Of a stretch of DNA of 64,000 bases, positions 26,426-40,021 are shown in pieces; within the stretch, counting starts at the first letter, position 1, and every line of letters starts with the position of its first letter. The notes under the pieces were generated by a model, which saw only the letters and a list, made by a program, of their open reading frames with translations, was not told the origin of the DNA and searched no databases. Position numbers and translations under genes: made by a program. The stretch comes from Octopus vulgaris (Eukaryota). The stretch lies in the NCBI GenBank assembly GCA_951406725.2, contig OX597824.1, forward strand, positions 87,482,001 to 87,546,000, given 5' to 3'.

Positions 26426-28850
26426 TTTCACGTTATTCCAGTTCACTCAGCTGTAGAAATGGGTTGCGATGTCACAGGTGCCAAGCTGTATCAGGCTCCT
26501 TTGCCTTTCCATTGGATAACATTGGTGGCATGCAGAGGGGAAGCTGGTATGCATGGGCAACTGATGGTCTTCCATAAAGAACCTTGCCCAGATTTGTGCC
26601 TTGGAGGAGAACTTTCTAGGTTCAATCCCATGGTCATTCATGACTGAAGCAGGTCTTTACCCTCACCTTTTGCTGTCCAAGATATTTTCCATACATGCCC
26701 ACTACCTGCTAAGATTACTTTAAACCAGTGTTTCACAAACAGGGTCCATATGACCCATGGAGATCCATATATAATTTTGGTGGGGTCTAAACAAACAAGA
26801 TAGTAAATTGGAGATTTACAGTTGTAATTTTAGGTCCTTGAGAAAATTTTGCTTCTGATATATTCAATGTAAAAAACAACTTGGATTCTTTCTCTAATGC
26901 TTAATTTAGTTCATTTTGTTCCTGGCCACTGAAATATTCTTTTCTACTCTAGGCACAAGGCCTGAAATCTCGCAGGAGGGGGACCAGTTCATTAGATCGA
27001 CTCTAGTATGCAGCTCATACTTAATTTATCGACCTCGAAAGGATAAAAGGCAAAGTGGATTTCAGCAGAATATGAACTCAGAACGTAAAGACAGACAATA
27101 TACCACTAAGCATTTCACCCGGTGTGCTTAATGATTCTGCCAGCTCACCGCCTCATGAAGAAGTTAAGTATTCTTTTCTACTCTAGGTACAAGACCTGAA
27201 ATTTTGTTGGAGGGGGACCAGTTGATTAGATTGACTCCTGTATGCAGATGGTACTTAATTTATTGACCCCAAAAGGATGAAAGGCAAAGTCAACCTCGGC
27301 AGAATTTGAACTCAGAACGTAGCAGCAGACGAAATACTGCTAAGCATTTCGTCCACCGAGCTACCATTTCTGCCAGCTCACCGCCTTGTGGCCACTGAAA
27401 TACTGCTTCAGCGACTGCTATTGCAGACCTGCATGAGTGAATGTGCGATGAACAAAATAGGAATTTTGAATGAAATATCTATAAGACTCTGGCTGTGTGG
27501 CAAGAAGTTTGCTTCCCACATGGTTCCAGGTTCAGTCCCACTATATGGCACCTAGGGCAAGTGTTTTCTACTATAACCTCGAGTTGACTAAAGCATTGTA
27601 AGTGGATTTGGTAGACACAAACCAAAAGAAACCCATCATATATATACACACGCACACAGGAGTGGCTCTATGGTAAGTAGCTTGCTTACCAACCACATGA
27701 TTCTGGGTTTGGTCCCTCTGCATGGCACCTTGGGCAAGTGTCTTCTACTATAGCCTCAAGCCGACCAAAGCCTTGTGAGTGGTTTTGGTAGACAAAAACT
27801 GAAAGAAGCCCATCATATATATGTATGTATATATATATATAAAGTGTGTGTGTGTGTTTGTGTATCTGTGTTTGTCTCCCCACCATCGCCTGACAAGTGG
27901 TGTTGGTTTGTTTATATCCCTGTAACTTAGCAGCAAAAGAGACCAATAGGATAAGTAGTAGGATTACAAAGAATAAGTCCTGGGGTGGGCGATTTGCTCG
28001 ACTAAAGGTGATGCTCCAGCATGGCCGCAGTCAAACCACTGAAACAAAGATAACAGATTTTACAAATAGCAGGAGTAGGAAACGGGTGCCCTAAACATTC
28101 GTAAACCCCAGCTGGGAAAATTTACAGATAAAAGCCAAAAAACGAGAGGATTATGGTGGCAGCGGCGGCGGCGGCGGAAGTGGTGGTGGTGGTGGTGGCG
28201 GCGACAGCGGTGGTGGTGGTGGCGGCGACAGCGGTGGTGGTGGTGGGGGTTTTTTTCTGGTTGTGGTGATGACGATGATGACTGCTATGAGGAGGACGAT
28301 GGTGACGACGTCGATGATTTTGATGCTGCTGCTGATAATGATGATGATGATGATTGTAATGATGATGATGATGATGATGGTGGTGGTGACGACGACGACG
28401 ATGATATGGAGGAGCGATAGGGACGATCGTGATGGTCAAATAATTATAAATTTTAATAAGGTATTTAAATAATTCTCTCCCTTAGACAAGAAAAAAAAAA
28501 AAAAAACCAAACGTTCTGAGTAGCCTCCCTTGTATTCAGACGGCTTTTTAATTTTCCTGCCTTTCTGAGTCCGAGTGACAGCAATCAAATATTGAAATCG
28601 TTTTAATCTACCCCGAAATTTACAAACTAAGCGTTTCTAACATTGACCAGGGAACGACCCTATGTTTGAAATCATATTAAAGCAAAATTTAAATTAAAAC
28701 GTGAAGATTTTCCTTGATAAGTTCCAAATATTAGATATTAATTTTTATGTTGGGACATTCCTCCACACATGAGTTCCCACCACCGATTTTATTTCGAACA
28801 ATTAACATGCCTTCACTTTGTTTCCTCATACGTTTTGTTGATTTAAATTC

Positions 28851-29255
28851 CGGCTGTGTGGTAAGTAGCTTGCTTACCAACCACATGGTTCTGGGTTCAG
28901 TCCCACTGCGTGGCACCTTGTGCAAGTATCTTCTACTATAGCCTCGGGCCGACCAAAGCCTTGTGAGTGGATTTGGTAGACGGAAACTGAAAGAAGCCCG
29001 TCGTATATATATATATATATATATATATGCGTGTGTGTGTTTGTGTGTCTCTGTTTGCCCCCCTAGCATTGCTTGACAACCGATGCTGGTGTGTTTATGT
29101 CCCTGTTATTTAGCGGTTCGGCAAAAGAGACCGATAGAATAAGTACTGGGCTTACAAAAAAGAATAAGTCCTGGAGTCGAGTTGCTCGATTAAAGGCGGT
29201 GCTCCAGCATGGCCACAGTCAAATGACTGAAACAAGTAAAAGAGAAAAGAGAGAG
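28851..29255 (+). mobile_element. SINE family A copy
   Basis: Colinear copy; further copies at about 27657-28050 and 30339-30725. Confidence 0.85.
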
Positions 29256-29714
29256 AGAGAAACATCATCATTATCATCATTTAACATCCGTTTTCCATGC
29301 TAGCATGGGTTGGACAGTTTGACCAGGGTCTGGGAAGCCAGGAGGCTGCGCCAGGCTCCAGTCTGATCTGGTAGTGTTTCTACAGCTGGATGCCCTTCCT
29401 AACACCAGCCACTCCGTTTGAAAGTCCGATAGATCTGTCATTTTAATGAATTTTAATTACCTTTTACTGATGATATCTGAAAAGAAACAGCAATGTTAGC
29501 AAAACATATTAAGCAACACTAATAAGAAATCAAAAAACATAAAAATAAACAAGCTTTTGCTGGTTTTATAGATATTTAAAAATTATGATGTTATGGTGCT
29601 AGGTGTTTCCATTATTTTGTCCTACCCCTGAAAGAATTCAGAACATCTATGTGGTTCTTCTTCTTCTTCTTCTTCTTCATCATCATCATTGACATTGTCG
29701 TCGTCATCATCAGC

Positions 29715-29769
<55 letters not shown>

Positions 29770-30010
29770 CTATCACCATCATCATCATCATCATCACCAT
29801 CATCACAATCATCATCACCACCACCACCACCACTACCACCACCACCACCATCATCAGCATCATCATCATCATCACTGTCATCATCGTCAGCATGTCGTCG
29901 TCATCATCATCACCGTCATCATTATCATCATCTCATCATCATCATCATCATCATCATCATCTTCATCACCATTACCATCACTACCACCATCATCATCATC
30001 ATCGTCACCG

Positions 30011-30043
<33 letters not shown>

Positions 30044-31652
30044 CCAGCATCATTTAACATCCACGTTTTCATGCTCTCATGGGTCAGACAGAATATGTTG
30101 AGTCAGATTTTTCAACAGCCGGATGCACTTCCTGTTGCCAACACTTGACTGCTTTCAAGCAAGGCGATATTTTCCCATAGCTACACACGTTTTCATTGGA
30201 AGACTGGAAACAAACAGTCTTGCTTGTATGATGATGATGCTCATTTACAACAATCATGCCTAGACAAGGCTGAATACAAACACACACACATCCATACATC
30301 TATCTATCTATATATATATATTTACATATATATATATAGGTGTAGGAGTGACTGTGTGGTAAGTAGCTTGCTTACAAACCACATGGTTCCGGGTTCAGTC
30401 CCACTGCATGGCACCTTGGGCAAGTGTCTTCTACTAAAGCCTCGGGCCGACCAAAGCCTTGTGAGTGGATTTGGTAGACGTAAACTGAAAGAAGCCCGTC
30501 GTATTTATGTATATATATATGTGTGTGTGTGTGTGTATGTTTGTGTGTCCGTGTTTGTCCCCCCGACATTGCTTGACAACTGGTGCTGGTGTGCTTACAT
30601 CCCCGTAACTTAGCAGTTCGGCAAATAAGACCAATAGAACAAGTACTAGGCTTACAAAGAATAAGTCCTGGGGTCGATTTGCTCGGCTAAAGGCGGTGCT
30701 CCAGCATGGCTGCAGTCAAATGATTGATTTGAGGGAGATTTGACTGCTATGTCTAGCAGGTTGACTAATCAAATAAAAGCTTCCTTGTTGTAAGCTCAGA
30801 GCTGTGTGGTTATCTCTTTACATATCAGAATAAAAGTTGGTGCATATAAAGGAAAAAGGGGGTTTTATTATGAATTAAATTTTTGGTGCAATCAGAGCAG
30901 ACAATTGAAGTCGCAGGGAACTTTGGCTGATTAACAAGGACCTATTTGGAACTTTGGCAAGAAGGACAAGAAACCAGTAGGAACTCTGGCAAACTGACAA
31001 GGAACCAGCAAGAAACCAAGTTGATATTAAAAGTACAACTTGCACTGAAGTAAACTGCTTGTCTGACATCTTAAAATTTATAGACAAGTTCTGCACTCTT
31101 ATGGTGTTTTTGTTGTTATTGTTGTTGTTATTGTAATTGTTGTTGTTGTTGTTGTTGCTGCTTATTCTTAGTCAGCTCTGATCAAGTAAATTTATAAGCA
31201 AATAAATTCCAGCCATTAACTGTTTTGTCTATTTTTTCTATGTGCCAGGGAACCCAGAGCAATATTATTTGATGCGTCCATATTTTTTTAAAGACTGTAA
31301 AGTGTTATTTTGAAAGATTTTGTGTATGTGTGTGTATTTGGTGAGAGTGTATGTGTCTTTGTGTGTGTGTGTATGTATACATGTGTTTGTGTGTGGGCTG
31401 TTTTTGAATGGTCCCAGGGTCCATTGTGGTGTAAATGGATGTGTGTTTTTTTAGAGATTTTGTAGGATGGTGTGTGTATATATGTGTGCTCGTTTGTCAA
31501 TCGTGTGTGTGATTGTCTTGGTGTTGTGTGTGTGTGCGTGCATACATGGTGCGTGTGTGTGTATATACATGCATCTGTGTGCGTGTGTGAGCGTATGAAT
31601 GTGCATGATTGGTGTTTGTTATGGTGCTGTGTGTGCACACGTGCGTGTACAT

Positions 31653-31844
31653 GAGCTGAGCTGGGCTGGGTTGGGCCGGGCCGAGCCAAGCCAAGCCAAC
31701 CTGAGGTGAGCTGAGCTGAGCTGGGCTTGGCTGGGCTGAGCTGGGCTGAGCTGGGCTAGGCTGGGCTGAGCTGGGCTGGGCTAGGCTGGGCTGAGCTGGG
31801 CTGAGGTGAGCTGGGCTGGGCTGAGCTGGGTTGAGCTAAGCTAG
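31653..31844 (+). repeat. Pentamer repeat (GAGCT/GGGCT)
   Basis: About 38 pentamer units, mostly GAGCT and GGGCT. Confidence 0.9.
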
Positions 31845-32440
31845 TTCCGTCACAGGAAGCAACGAAATTTGACACAAAGCCTAAAATTTTGTGGAAGCAT
31901 GGCTAGTCGATTACATCGATCCCAGTATTAAAGGCTAAGTCAACATGGGCGGAATTTGAACTTAGAACAGTTGAAATATCGCTAGGCATTTTATTTGATG
32001 TGCTAACAGTTCTGCCAAGCTAGCAAACGGGGTCAGGGAGAGAACTCAGAAAATTCACATCGTCAGACCATGGCCTTTAGACTGTATGGTATTAGACCCA
32101 AACAAAAAAAATTTTTAAATAGTGTAATAGCCATACAATGAGTTGCTGTAAACGAATATGAAAAAATGCATGCTCGCAAAAGGGGGGTGGAGGAGAGGAC
32201 TCCGAAAATTCACATCATCAGACCATGACCTTTAAACTCTATGGTGTTTGACCTAAGAAAAAAAAAATTAAAAAACTGTAATAGGTGTAAATCAACATGT
32301 CCTTTAAACTACAGTGTTTGCCTAAGCTAACAGATGGGGAAGAGGATCCAATGTTTTCCCTAAAGGAAATGGATATTCTTCCCAACCACATGGTTCCGAG
32401 TACAGTTCCACTGCATGGCACCTTGGGCAAACACTGGAGT

Positions 32441-32680
32441 TTAACCCTTTAGCGTTCACATTATTAGTGTTCACATTATTCTGCCAAAATTAATGCCAAA
32501 ATTAATTGTTTTGAACTAATCATGCATTATCTTGTAGTTATGAGATTTTGATGAGGTAGCAGTTAATTTTTAAAACGATATTGTAGGGTTGGTGTGAGAG
32601 ACCAGATCTGGCAAGTTTGAACATAAAACAAGCAGAATACTTTTGGCCGAATATGGTTGGTTTAAATGCTAAAGGGTTAA
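32441..32680. mobile_element. piggyBac-type MITE
   Basis: TTAA-CCCTTTAGC...GCTAAAGGG-TTAA. Confidence 0.8.
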
Positions 32681-33744
32681 ATGACATGTTTAAAGGTCAT
32701 GGTCTGACAATGTGAATTTTCCGAGTCCTCTCCTCCATGCCACCCGCCTTTCGTGAGCGCGCATTTTCTTTATCATATTTCTTTACAGCAAGTTGTTTTA
32801 CGCCTATTACACTATTTTTTCTTTTTCTTTTTGTTTTGTTCAGGTCAAACACTGAAGTCTAAAGATCATGATCTGACGATGTGAACTTTCCGAGTCCTCT
32901 CCTCCATCCCTCCGTTTGCGAGCACACATTTGTTTTTCATATTTGTTTACTACATGTTGTTGTACACCTATTACACTATTAAATTTTTTTTTTCCTCAGG
33001 TTAAACACAAGAGTTCAAAGGTCATGGTCTGACGATGTGAACTTTCCAAGTCCCCTCCACCGTTCGCAAGCTCAAATTTTTTTCATATTCGTTTACAGCA
33101 AGTTGTTTACGCCTATTACACTTTCTGGGGTTTTTTTTCATTTTTTTTTATTTTGGCTCAAGTCAAACCCTTCAATTTGATCGTCATCAATATGTGTTTG
33201 TCTAATATTCAGAAAGTATTATTCAATTTTCTTTGGTGGCGAGCTAGCAGCATCAGTAGCACATCGGATGAGGTGTGTACTGTTTCTCCCGTTCTGCACA
33301 TACTGAGATCAAATTCTGCCGAGATCGAGTTTTCAGGGTCAACAAAATAAGTACCTGTCGAGCTGTGGAGTCGATGCAGTCGACTTGCTTTCCCACTATA
33401 ATATTTGAGATAGCACAGTAGTTCGGTCTCAGGAAGCCAACGAAATTTGCCTATTTGCAACTCGGCCTTAATAAAACTTTCGGATGGTTTTTTTTCTTTT
33501 TCTTTTTTTTCTTCCCCTTTTATGATCCCTTTTGATTGAAAACCTACCCCACTTTTTTTTCTTTTTTTCCCCCCAAAAAGAAAAGCTCTACTTTGTAATC
33601 TGTCCCGTCTGTGTGGCTAATAAAGAAACATATTATTATAAGCACAAAGCCCAAAATGTTGTGGAAGCATGGCTAGTTGATTACATCAATCTCAGGATTA
33701 AAGGCAAAGTCAACATGGGCGGAATTTGAACTAAGAACGGTCGA

Positions 33745-34152
33745 AATACCTATTTCTTTACTACCCACAAGGAACTAAACACAGAGGGAACAAACAAGGA
33801 CAGACAAACGAACTAAGTCGATTACATCGACCCCAGTGCGTAACTGGTACTTAATTTATCGACCCCGAAAGGATGAAAGGCAGAGTCGACCTCGGCGGAA
33901 TTTGAACTCAGAACGTAACGGCAGACGAAATACCTATTTCTTTATTACCCACAGAGAGGACAAACTAGGACAGACGAAGGGATTAAGTCAATTATATCGA
34001 CCCCAGTGCGTAACTGGTACTTATTTAATCGACCCCGAAAGGATGAAAGGCAAAGTCTACCTCGGCGGAATTTGAACTCACAACGTAGCGGCAGCCGAAA
34101 TACCGCTCAGCATTTCGCCCAGCGTGCTACCGATTCTGCCAGCTCGCCGCCT
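33745..34152 (-). mobile_element. tRNA-derived SINE family B, tandem pair
   Basis: Minus strand ggcggcgagctggcagaatcggtagcacg...gagttcaaattccgccgagg...gggtcgat. Other copies near 26935-27385, 42732-42970, 46598-46822, 49407-49640 and 61863-62082. Confidence 0.85.
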
Positions 34153-34384
34153 AAATAAAGCAATTAAGATTGTCAATTCAGCTGACAGCTTTAAGCGCAG
34201 ATTTTTTAAACAATCACAAAATGTTACGTATCTATTTTCATAAACAACATTTAAATAAATCAACAATAGTTCTTAAATTTATTTACGAAGGAATTCTATC
34301 GTTTTAATACCAACAGTACCTAAATATTCCATTAATTAACCAACTGCATTTTTACGAAACTGAAAATGCTGTCCACAATACCAA

Positions 34385-34543
34385 AGAACGTTATGGTGGC
34401 GCCCTGATGGGCGCATGGCGGTTCTTGGATAGCTTTCAGTTGCATTTACCTTTTCATCTTTGTAAAAATCATCTCAAAAACCATCATGCATTCCTCCTAG
34501 GTATGTTGCACCTGCGTGAGAAAAGGCGCTATCCTATTGCAAA
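34385..34543 (+). promoter_or_regulatory. Putative CABIN1 core promoter / 5' UTR
   Basis: Unique GC/CpG-richer patch (ggtggcgccctgatgggcgcatggcgg, containing a YY1-like ATGGCG) about 130 nt upstream of the ATG exon in otherwise very AT-rich DNA. Confidence 0.45.
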
Positions 34544-34546
34544 ATG
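34544..34546 (+). CDS. CABIN1: CABIN1 coding exon 1 (initiator ATG only)
   Basis: caaaATG|gtaagt: good initiation context and a perfect donor. The next exon starts in phase 0 with IRISAL and has no Met of its own. Preceded by a GC-richer promoter-like patch. Confidence 0.7.
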
Positions 34547-35303
34547 GTAAGTACTATTAATATTCTTAGAATGTATTCTGACACAATTCTCTCAGCCAAA
34601 CAATAAGGAAGAACTCAATTTTTGTGACATTCCATCTTTCTATCCGAATGTTTGGTTTTTCCCTTTTATTCTTTATATAAAACGGATTTATTTGTATGGC
34701 TCTGACATATATTTCATATGCCTAGCACTTGTTTTCATTTCATTAAGACACATACACATTATATATATTTCTTTACCTTCACCCATTTAATACAATAAAT
34801 GAATTAATTGCAATTAAAAGCATTTATGTATTCAGTGTTTGGGTACTTTACCTGCAGTATATTGGATAACTGATATCCCATAGTGGGTTACATTCATAAC
34901 CCCTATCTTACTTTGTATATATATATATATATATATATATATGGTGCCCCAGCATGGCCACAGCTCAAGAGCTGAAACTGGAAAACAAAAACAGAAATAT
35001 ATATATATATTAATTAAATTAAATTAGAGATAAAACCTCTATTAGGCAACTCAAACAATGATAGACATAAACCAAAACATAAAAAAACAAAAAATAAATA
35101 TAATTAATTTAATTTATATTTACACTGTGAAATTTGATTTAATCCTAAATCTAATTTTTCCCTGTAAGTTTATATATACTCCCTAATATTATATATATAT
35201 ATATATACCAATTCAGGACTGGTATATATAAATATTTTAATCTTCAGATTCTTTTTAATATGCTAGACCACTGGTTTTAATTTACTAATATCAATTTCTA
35301 CCC

Positions 35304-35336
<33 letters not shown>

Positions 35337-35790
35337 ATCATACTTTTATCTTCGTTTTTTCTTTCTTTCTTTTCGTCCCCTTTTACGATCCCTTTTGATG
35401 GAAAACCTACCCCACTTTGTTTTTTCTTCCCCCAAAATAAAAGCCCTCCTTTGTAATCTGTCCCGTCTGTGTGCTGCCCTGTGTGGCTAATAATGAAACA
35501 TACATTTCTTCATGCTTCCCGTAATTAAAATGTTTACACTTTGCTGTGATGGCTGTTTAACATAAACTGTTATCACTTATTTATTTCTTCCTACTTATTT
35601 CTTATGCGCCAATATATATATATTATATTATATTATATATTTATCATTCATTTTATACTTTTTGAGATCTAGTTATAAGTTATATATTTTTTTAAAATTA
35701 TATATATATATATATTGGTTATTTATGTATTGGTTTGTCTATCACTGTTTGAGTTGCATAATAGTGGTTTTATCTCTAATTTATATTTTA

Positions 35791-35822
<32 letters not shown>

Positions 35823-37473
35823 CTTTATAAAGCATATTACTCTACCACTGGTTTTTGAGTACTCTTTTTTTTCCACCTTGTTTCACATTTATGTGTTTAC
35901 TCCGGTATATATATATATTCTTCTTCGTAAAATTTTCGGATTTATATATAACTTATAGTTTTAAACCTGTTTCATTTGAAAAACATTTAATTAATAATTT
36001 ATTGATTAGTTATACAATAAACAACAGGCTTCCTACATAGATTTTTTTTTTAATTTTCTGTTCTCGCGCAACATAGTCTTAATTCAGTTGCATTGCCATA
36101 AAATAACAGAATATATTTTTGCCAAACTACACTTGATTTCTCCATAAAATGGGTTCTTAGCACTGACGATTCGATTTTAAACCGAAATTTTAAAATAACT
36201 CGACGCAGTGTATACATGAAATAATAATACATCTATTTATTAGTTGGGAAGCGGGAGAAATATACATGCGCTCATTGTATTACCTGAGTTCATATTCGGA
36301 TATTCTTTGTTAATTAAAGAAATTATTATTCTCCGAGAGCACTAGAGGCTGTAATGACAGCAGAATGCTGCCGGATTAGATGGAGTAATTAGAGTAATTA
36401 GTTTGCTCTCTTGCATTTTGGAGTTTAATTGCTAGAGTTAACATCATCTTCCTTTCCTTTTGTTAATAAAAAATCATTGCTACTTTCATAATGGGTTGAT
36501 TATAATAAGTGAAAACACATCAGCCATCATAGAAAGTGCTTGTTCAACTGATTTCGTTTTTCAGGTGGTATCTCTTCTCTTACCAGTGTCTAGAAATTCA
36601 AAGATTCAAAAGAAACTATATATATATATATATAAATTGAGATAGGGGTTATATTTACTTATATTTATATTCTCTTTTTTTTTATATATATTCTACTTAT
36701 TATACAACATTACTCTTTTATGTACATTCCTTTATGTACACTGATTTGTTCTGCTTTTTTTATGTTTAACCCTACAGTCTCTTATGTGATTGAGTATTAT
36801 CTGGTAATTGATATTTGATTTAGATGTATTTCTCCATTTTCTTATCTTGTATATATATATATATATATATATATAAAGAGAGAGATTATTTGCTTCCAAT
36901 GTACTAGAAAACCACCAAAAAGAGAAATATTCTAGGAAGCAAAAAAAATATATATATATACACAAATTAATGAGTACTTTTAGGTGGTTTTCCTGAAATT
37001 ATGTAAATTCTGTAAAAATTGCGCTTAAAAACTTGAAAGTTGCTCAAAGACAATGAAACAGCAGAAGCTCATATATGACCATTCATGCTTCTCCAAACCA
37101 ATAATTATTCCCAATTTCTGCAGATATTATGTCTTATCTCCGCTAACTTTCAGTTGGAGTTGGAATATCAAAAAGATTCTCGTTCGCTTCTACAGTTTTT
37201 TCTAATATTTACCTCAAGAACAAGATTTCTCTCTATTCTTTACCTCATCTACGAACGATGATACTTTGAAAGTGATAAGTGTTAAGAAGAAAAGAAATGT
37301 GGTTCTTTCTCAACCCATTGTGCTTCTTCCTTCTCCTGACAATCAACAACTCTATTTTCCTAAAATCTTTTTTCCTACATTTTCTTTTTCGTCGAATTTT
37401 TTTATCGTATTTATTCTTATCTATCTAAAGTAATAAAAGGATTCAATATTGCTATATATATATATATATATAT

Positions 37474-37624
37474 AATTATAATTTGGGGTATCTAAGAGAT
37501 ATCGCCATGCTGGAAATAGCAGCCAAAAGCTTACTCTAAAACCACATTTAATGTGGTTTTAGAGTCAGGTTTTGGCTGCTATTTCCAGCGTGGCGGTATC
37601 TCTTAGATGCCCTAAATTATAATT
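37474..37624. repeat. Near-perfect 151-bp palindrome (75-bp arms)
   Basis: 69 of 75 positions are Watson-Crick complementary around centre 37549. Confidence 0.92.
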
Positions 37625-38036
37625 TTAATAATAATTATTACCTTTGAAGGTTTTTATTCCCATGCCGGCCAAATTAACGATCTTACCCTTATAATATATA
37701 TATATATTGTGTGTGTGTTCAGTTTGTCACCTTAATTCTTTGGCCGCTGTATACATTCCGTTTTTCTTTATCCCTCTTTCAACAATGATTCCATATTTTT
37801 TAGACATCTTACTACACTTACATTTTTTTCGCTCACGCTCATTTTGTGCCTGTTTATCTTTAATATAAAAGTGTATTTTGCCTGTTCTTTATGAAAGGTA
37901 GCATCTTTTAGTCATTGTTAAATATTATAATGCTTCCCTGTCTTGAGTGTGTGTCTGTCTGTGTGTGTGATATATTCCGAAACCAGCTTGAACTTTTCAT
38001 TTCAACAATCCTCGCCGATCGATCCAGGAATATGAT

Positions 38037-38072
<36 letters not shown>

Positions 38073-38929
38073 TATATACATAGGCTTGCAATTAACATAC
38101 GTTGCTGCTCTCTCTATCTCTTCCGCGTACATTGTTGAATAAAGTTCGATTTTCTCTTTAAATCACTGGGTGTGAACTATGGAGAAGCAGAATAATCTAT
38201 TCAATATCTAAACCACTTTCAAGCGAGTCAAATGATAAACTACATAGATTATTATTTTTTTTAATGACTCCAGTAAGAAATTAGAGGAAGAGAGAGAGAG
38301 AGAGAGACGAATGAGAAGGAATATAAGACGGAGGAAAAAGCCAAAGTTTGAGTGGAAAGACAGAAGGAAGAATAGAGAGACACAAAAGGAAGATATTTTC
38401 AGATGAATAGAATGTCAGAACATACTTATAAAAGCATTGTTATATAAGAGTAATGAAGACACGGCGTCTACCATACAGAGAAACATATATTTATTCAAAA
38501 GTTCGTCCTCCCTGCTCCCAATATTAGGGGAAATTATGAAAGTTTGTTAAATATTAAATACGTTTATTCGCCTGAATGAGCAAAATGTTGGACGAAATGA
38601 AACATTGAACTAAACGCACACATAACCGAATGTTAATTGCAACTCCTCCCCCCATCTGTCTCCATATTTGCTGGTTACCAAATAATAATAATAGGAGCTG
38701 ATAATGACAAAATGAAAGTAGCAGTTTCTAGCGTCGCTCACTAAGAAAGAAAGAAAACTAGAAATATGTGTGGTAAGAAGCTTGCTTCCCAACCACACGG
38801 TTCCGGGTTCAGTCCCACTGAGTGGTACCTTGAGCAAGTGTCTTCTACTATAGCCTTAGGCTGACCAAAGCCTTGTGAGTTGATTTGGTAGACAGAAACT
38901 GAAAGAAGCCTATATATATGTATATATAT

Positions 38930-39253
38930 ATATATAAAGCTAAAGTTGTCTGTGTGTGTGGCAGGTTTGGTAGCCTTCAACTAACACAATTTCCTCCGAG
39001 ACCCTGCGGCGCAAGTTGACCAAAATCGGACCATGTTAACACCAAAAATTATTTACATTAAAACGGTGTTTTTTTTTCTATGAAAATCCCTATTTTTTTT
39101 ACTGCTGTGTCGCCATTTTTCAGTGTATTTCAACCAGAAAAAATGTTCACTTAAAGAGAATAACAAGCTACATAATGCAAAATTTTTACTTTTCAAAAAT
39201 TCCAATTCTAAAGGGTCAAAATAAACCCGAGCAACGCCGGGCGATACTGCTAG
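38930..39253 (+). mobile_element. Non-autonomous Helitron inserted in the (TA)n of a SINE
   Basis: Ends cccgagcaacgccgggcgatactgCTAG|T; internally deleted relative to 5060-5455. Confidence 0.8.
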
Positions 39254-40021
39254 TATATATATTTGATTTTGATTTTGATTTTTCCAGTTTCAGCTAATGA
39301 GCTGTGGCCATGCTGGGGCACCGCCATTTAATTATATATATATTGTTAAAATTTACAGAAAAACAAAAGACGAAGATAGGTGTATAAACAACAAACTGGT
39401 GTATTAGTTTAAAACTCGGGAAAGGGAGAAAGTTTTTTATGTTTCGAGCCTAGGCTCTTCAACAGGAAGGAACATGAGGAAATAAACAGAGAGAAAATAA
39501 AAATGTGTGTCATTCCGCCCACCCCATCGCTTGACAATTGATGCTGGTATTTATGTCTCCATCATCTAGTGGTTTGGCAAAAGAGACCGATAGGATAAGT
39601 ACTAGGCTTACAAAGAATTAGTCCTGGGGTCGATTTCTTCGACTAAAACCCCTTAAGGTGGTGCTCCAGCATGGTCGCAGTCAAATGACTGAAACAAGTA
39701 AAAGAATCATCGTTATTATCTAACATCCATTTCCCATGTTCGCATGGAAAATGGGCAGTTTGACAGGATCCAGCAAGCCATAATGGATCTGCGTCAAGTT
39801 CCCATGTTAGCTTAGGCATGTTATTCTACAGCTAGACACCCTTTCCACTGTTGGATGCCCTTCCTAATGCCTAATGATATATTGCTATCACTTTTGGATG
39901 TGACCATGCTAGGTCACAACTATATACTTTTACTATTCCCAGAGGTGACAAGTTCAAAAGAATCTCTGTGTGGCCACATGGAATAAAGAACTTAAAGATA
40001 GGTTTAAGTGTGAATAAAATA

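Larger units (their letters stand above)
25107..26662 (+). mobile_element. tRNA-derived SINE split by a CR1 insertion
   Basis: Head 25107-25206 (tagctcagtg...gagttcagttcc...ttgagcaagac) resumes at about 26423 (tatttcacgtt...aggtctttaccc); the reverse complement of its tail recurs at about 63883-64000. Confidence 0.7.

Noticed and set aside
31653-31844. Mammalian Ig switch-region contamination
   Set aside because: Short and contiguous with the local SINE and microsatellite landscape; more simply a native pentamer repeat.
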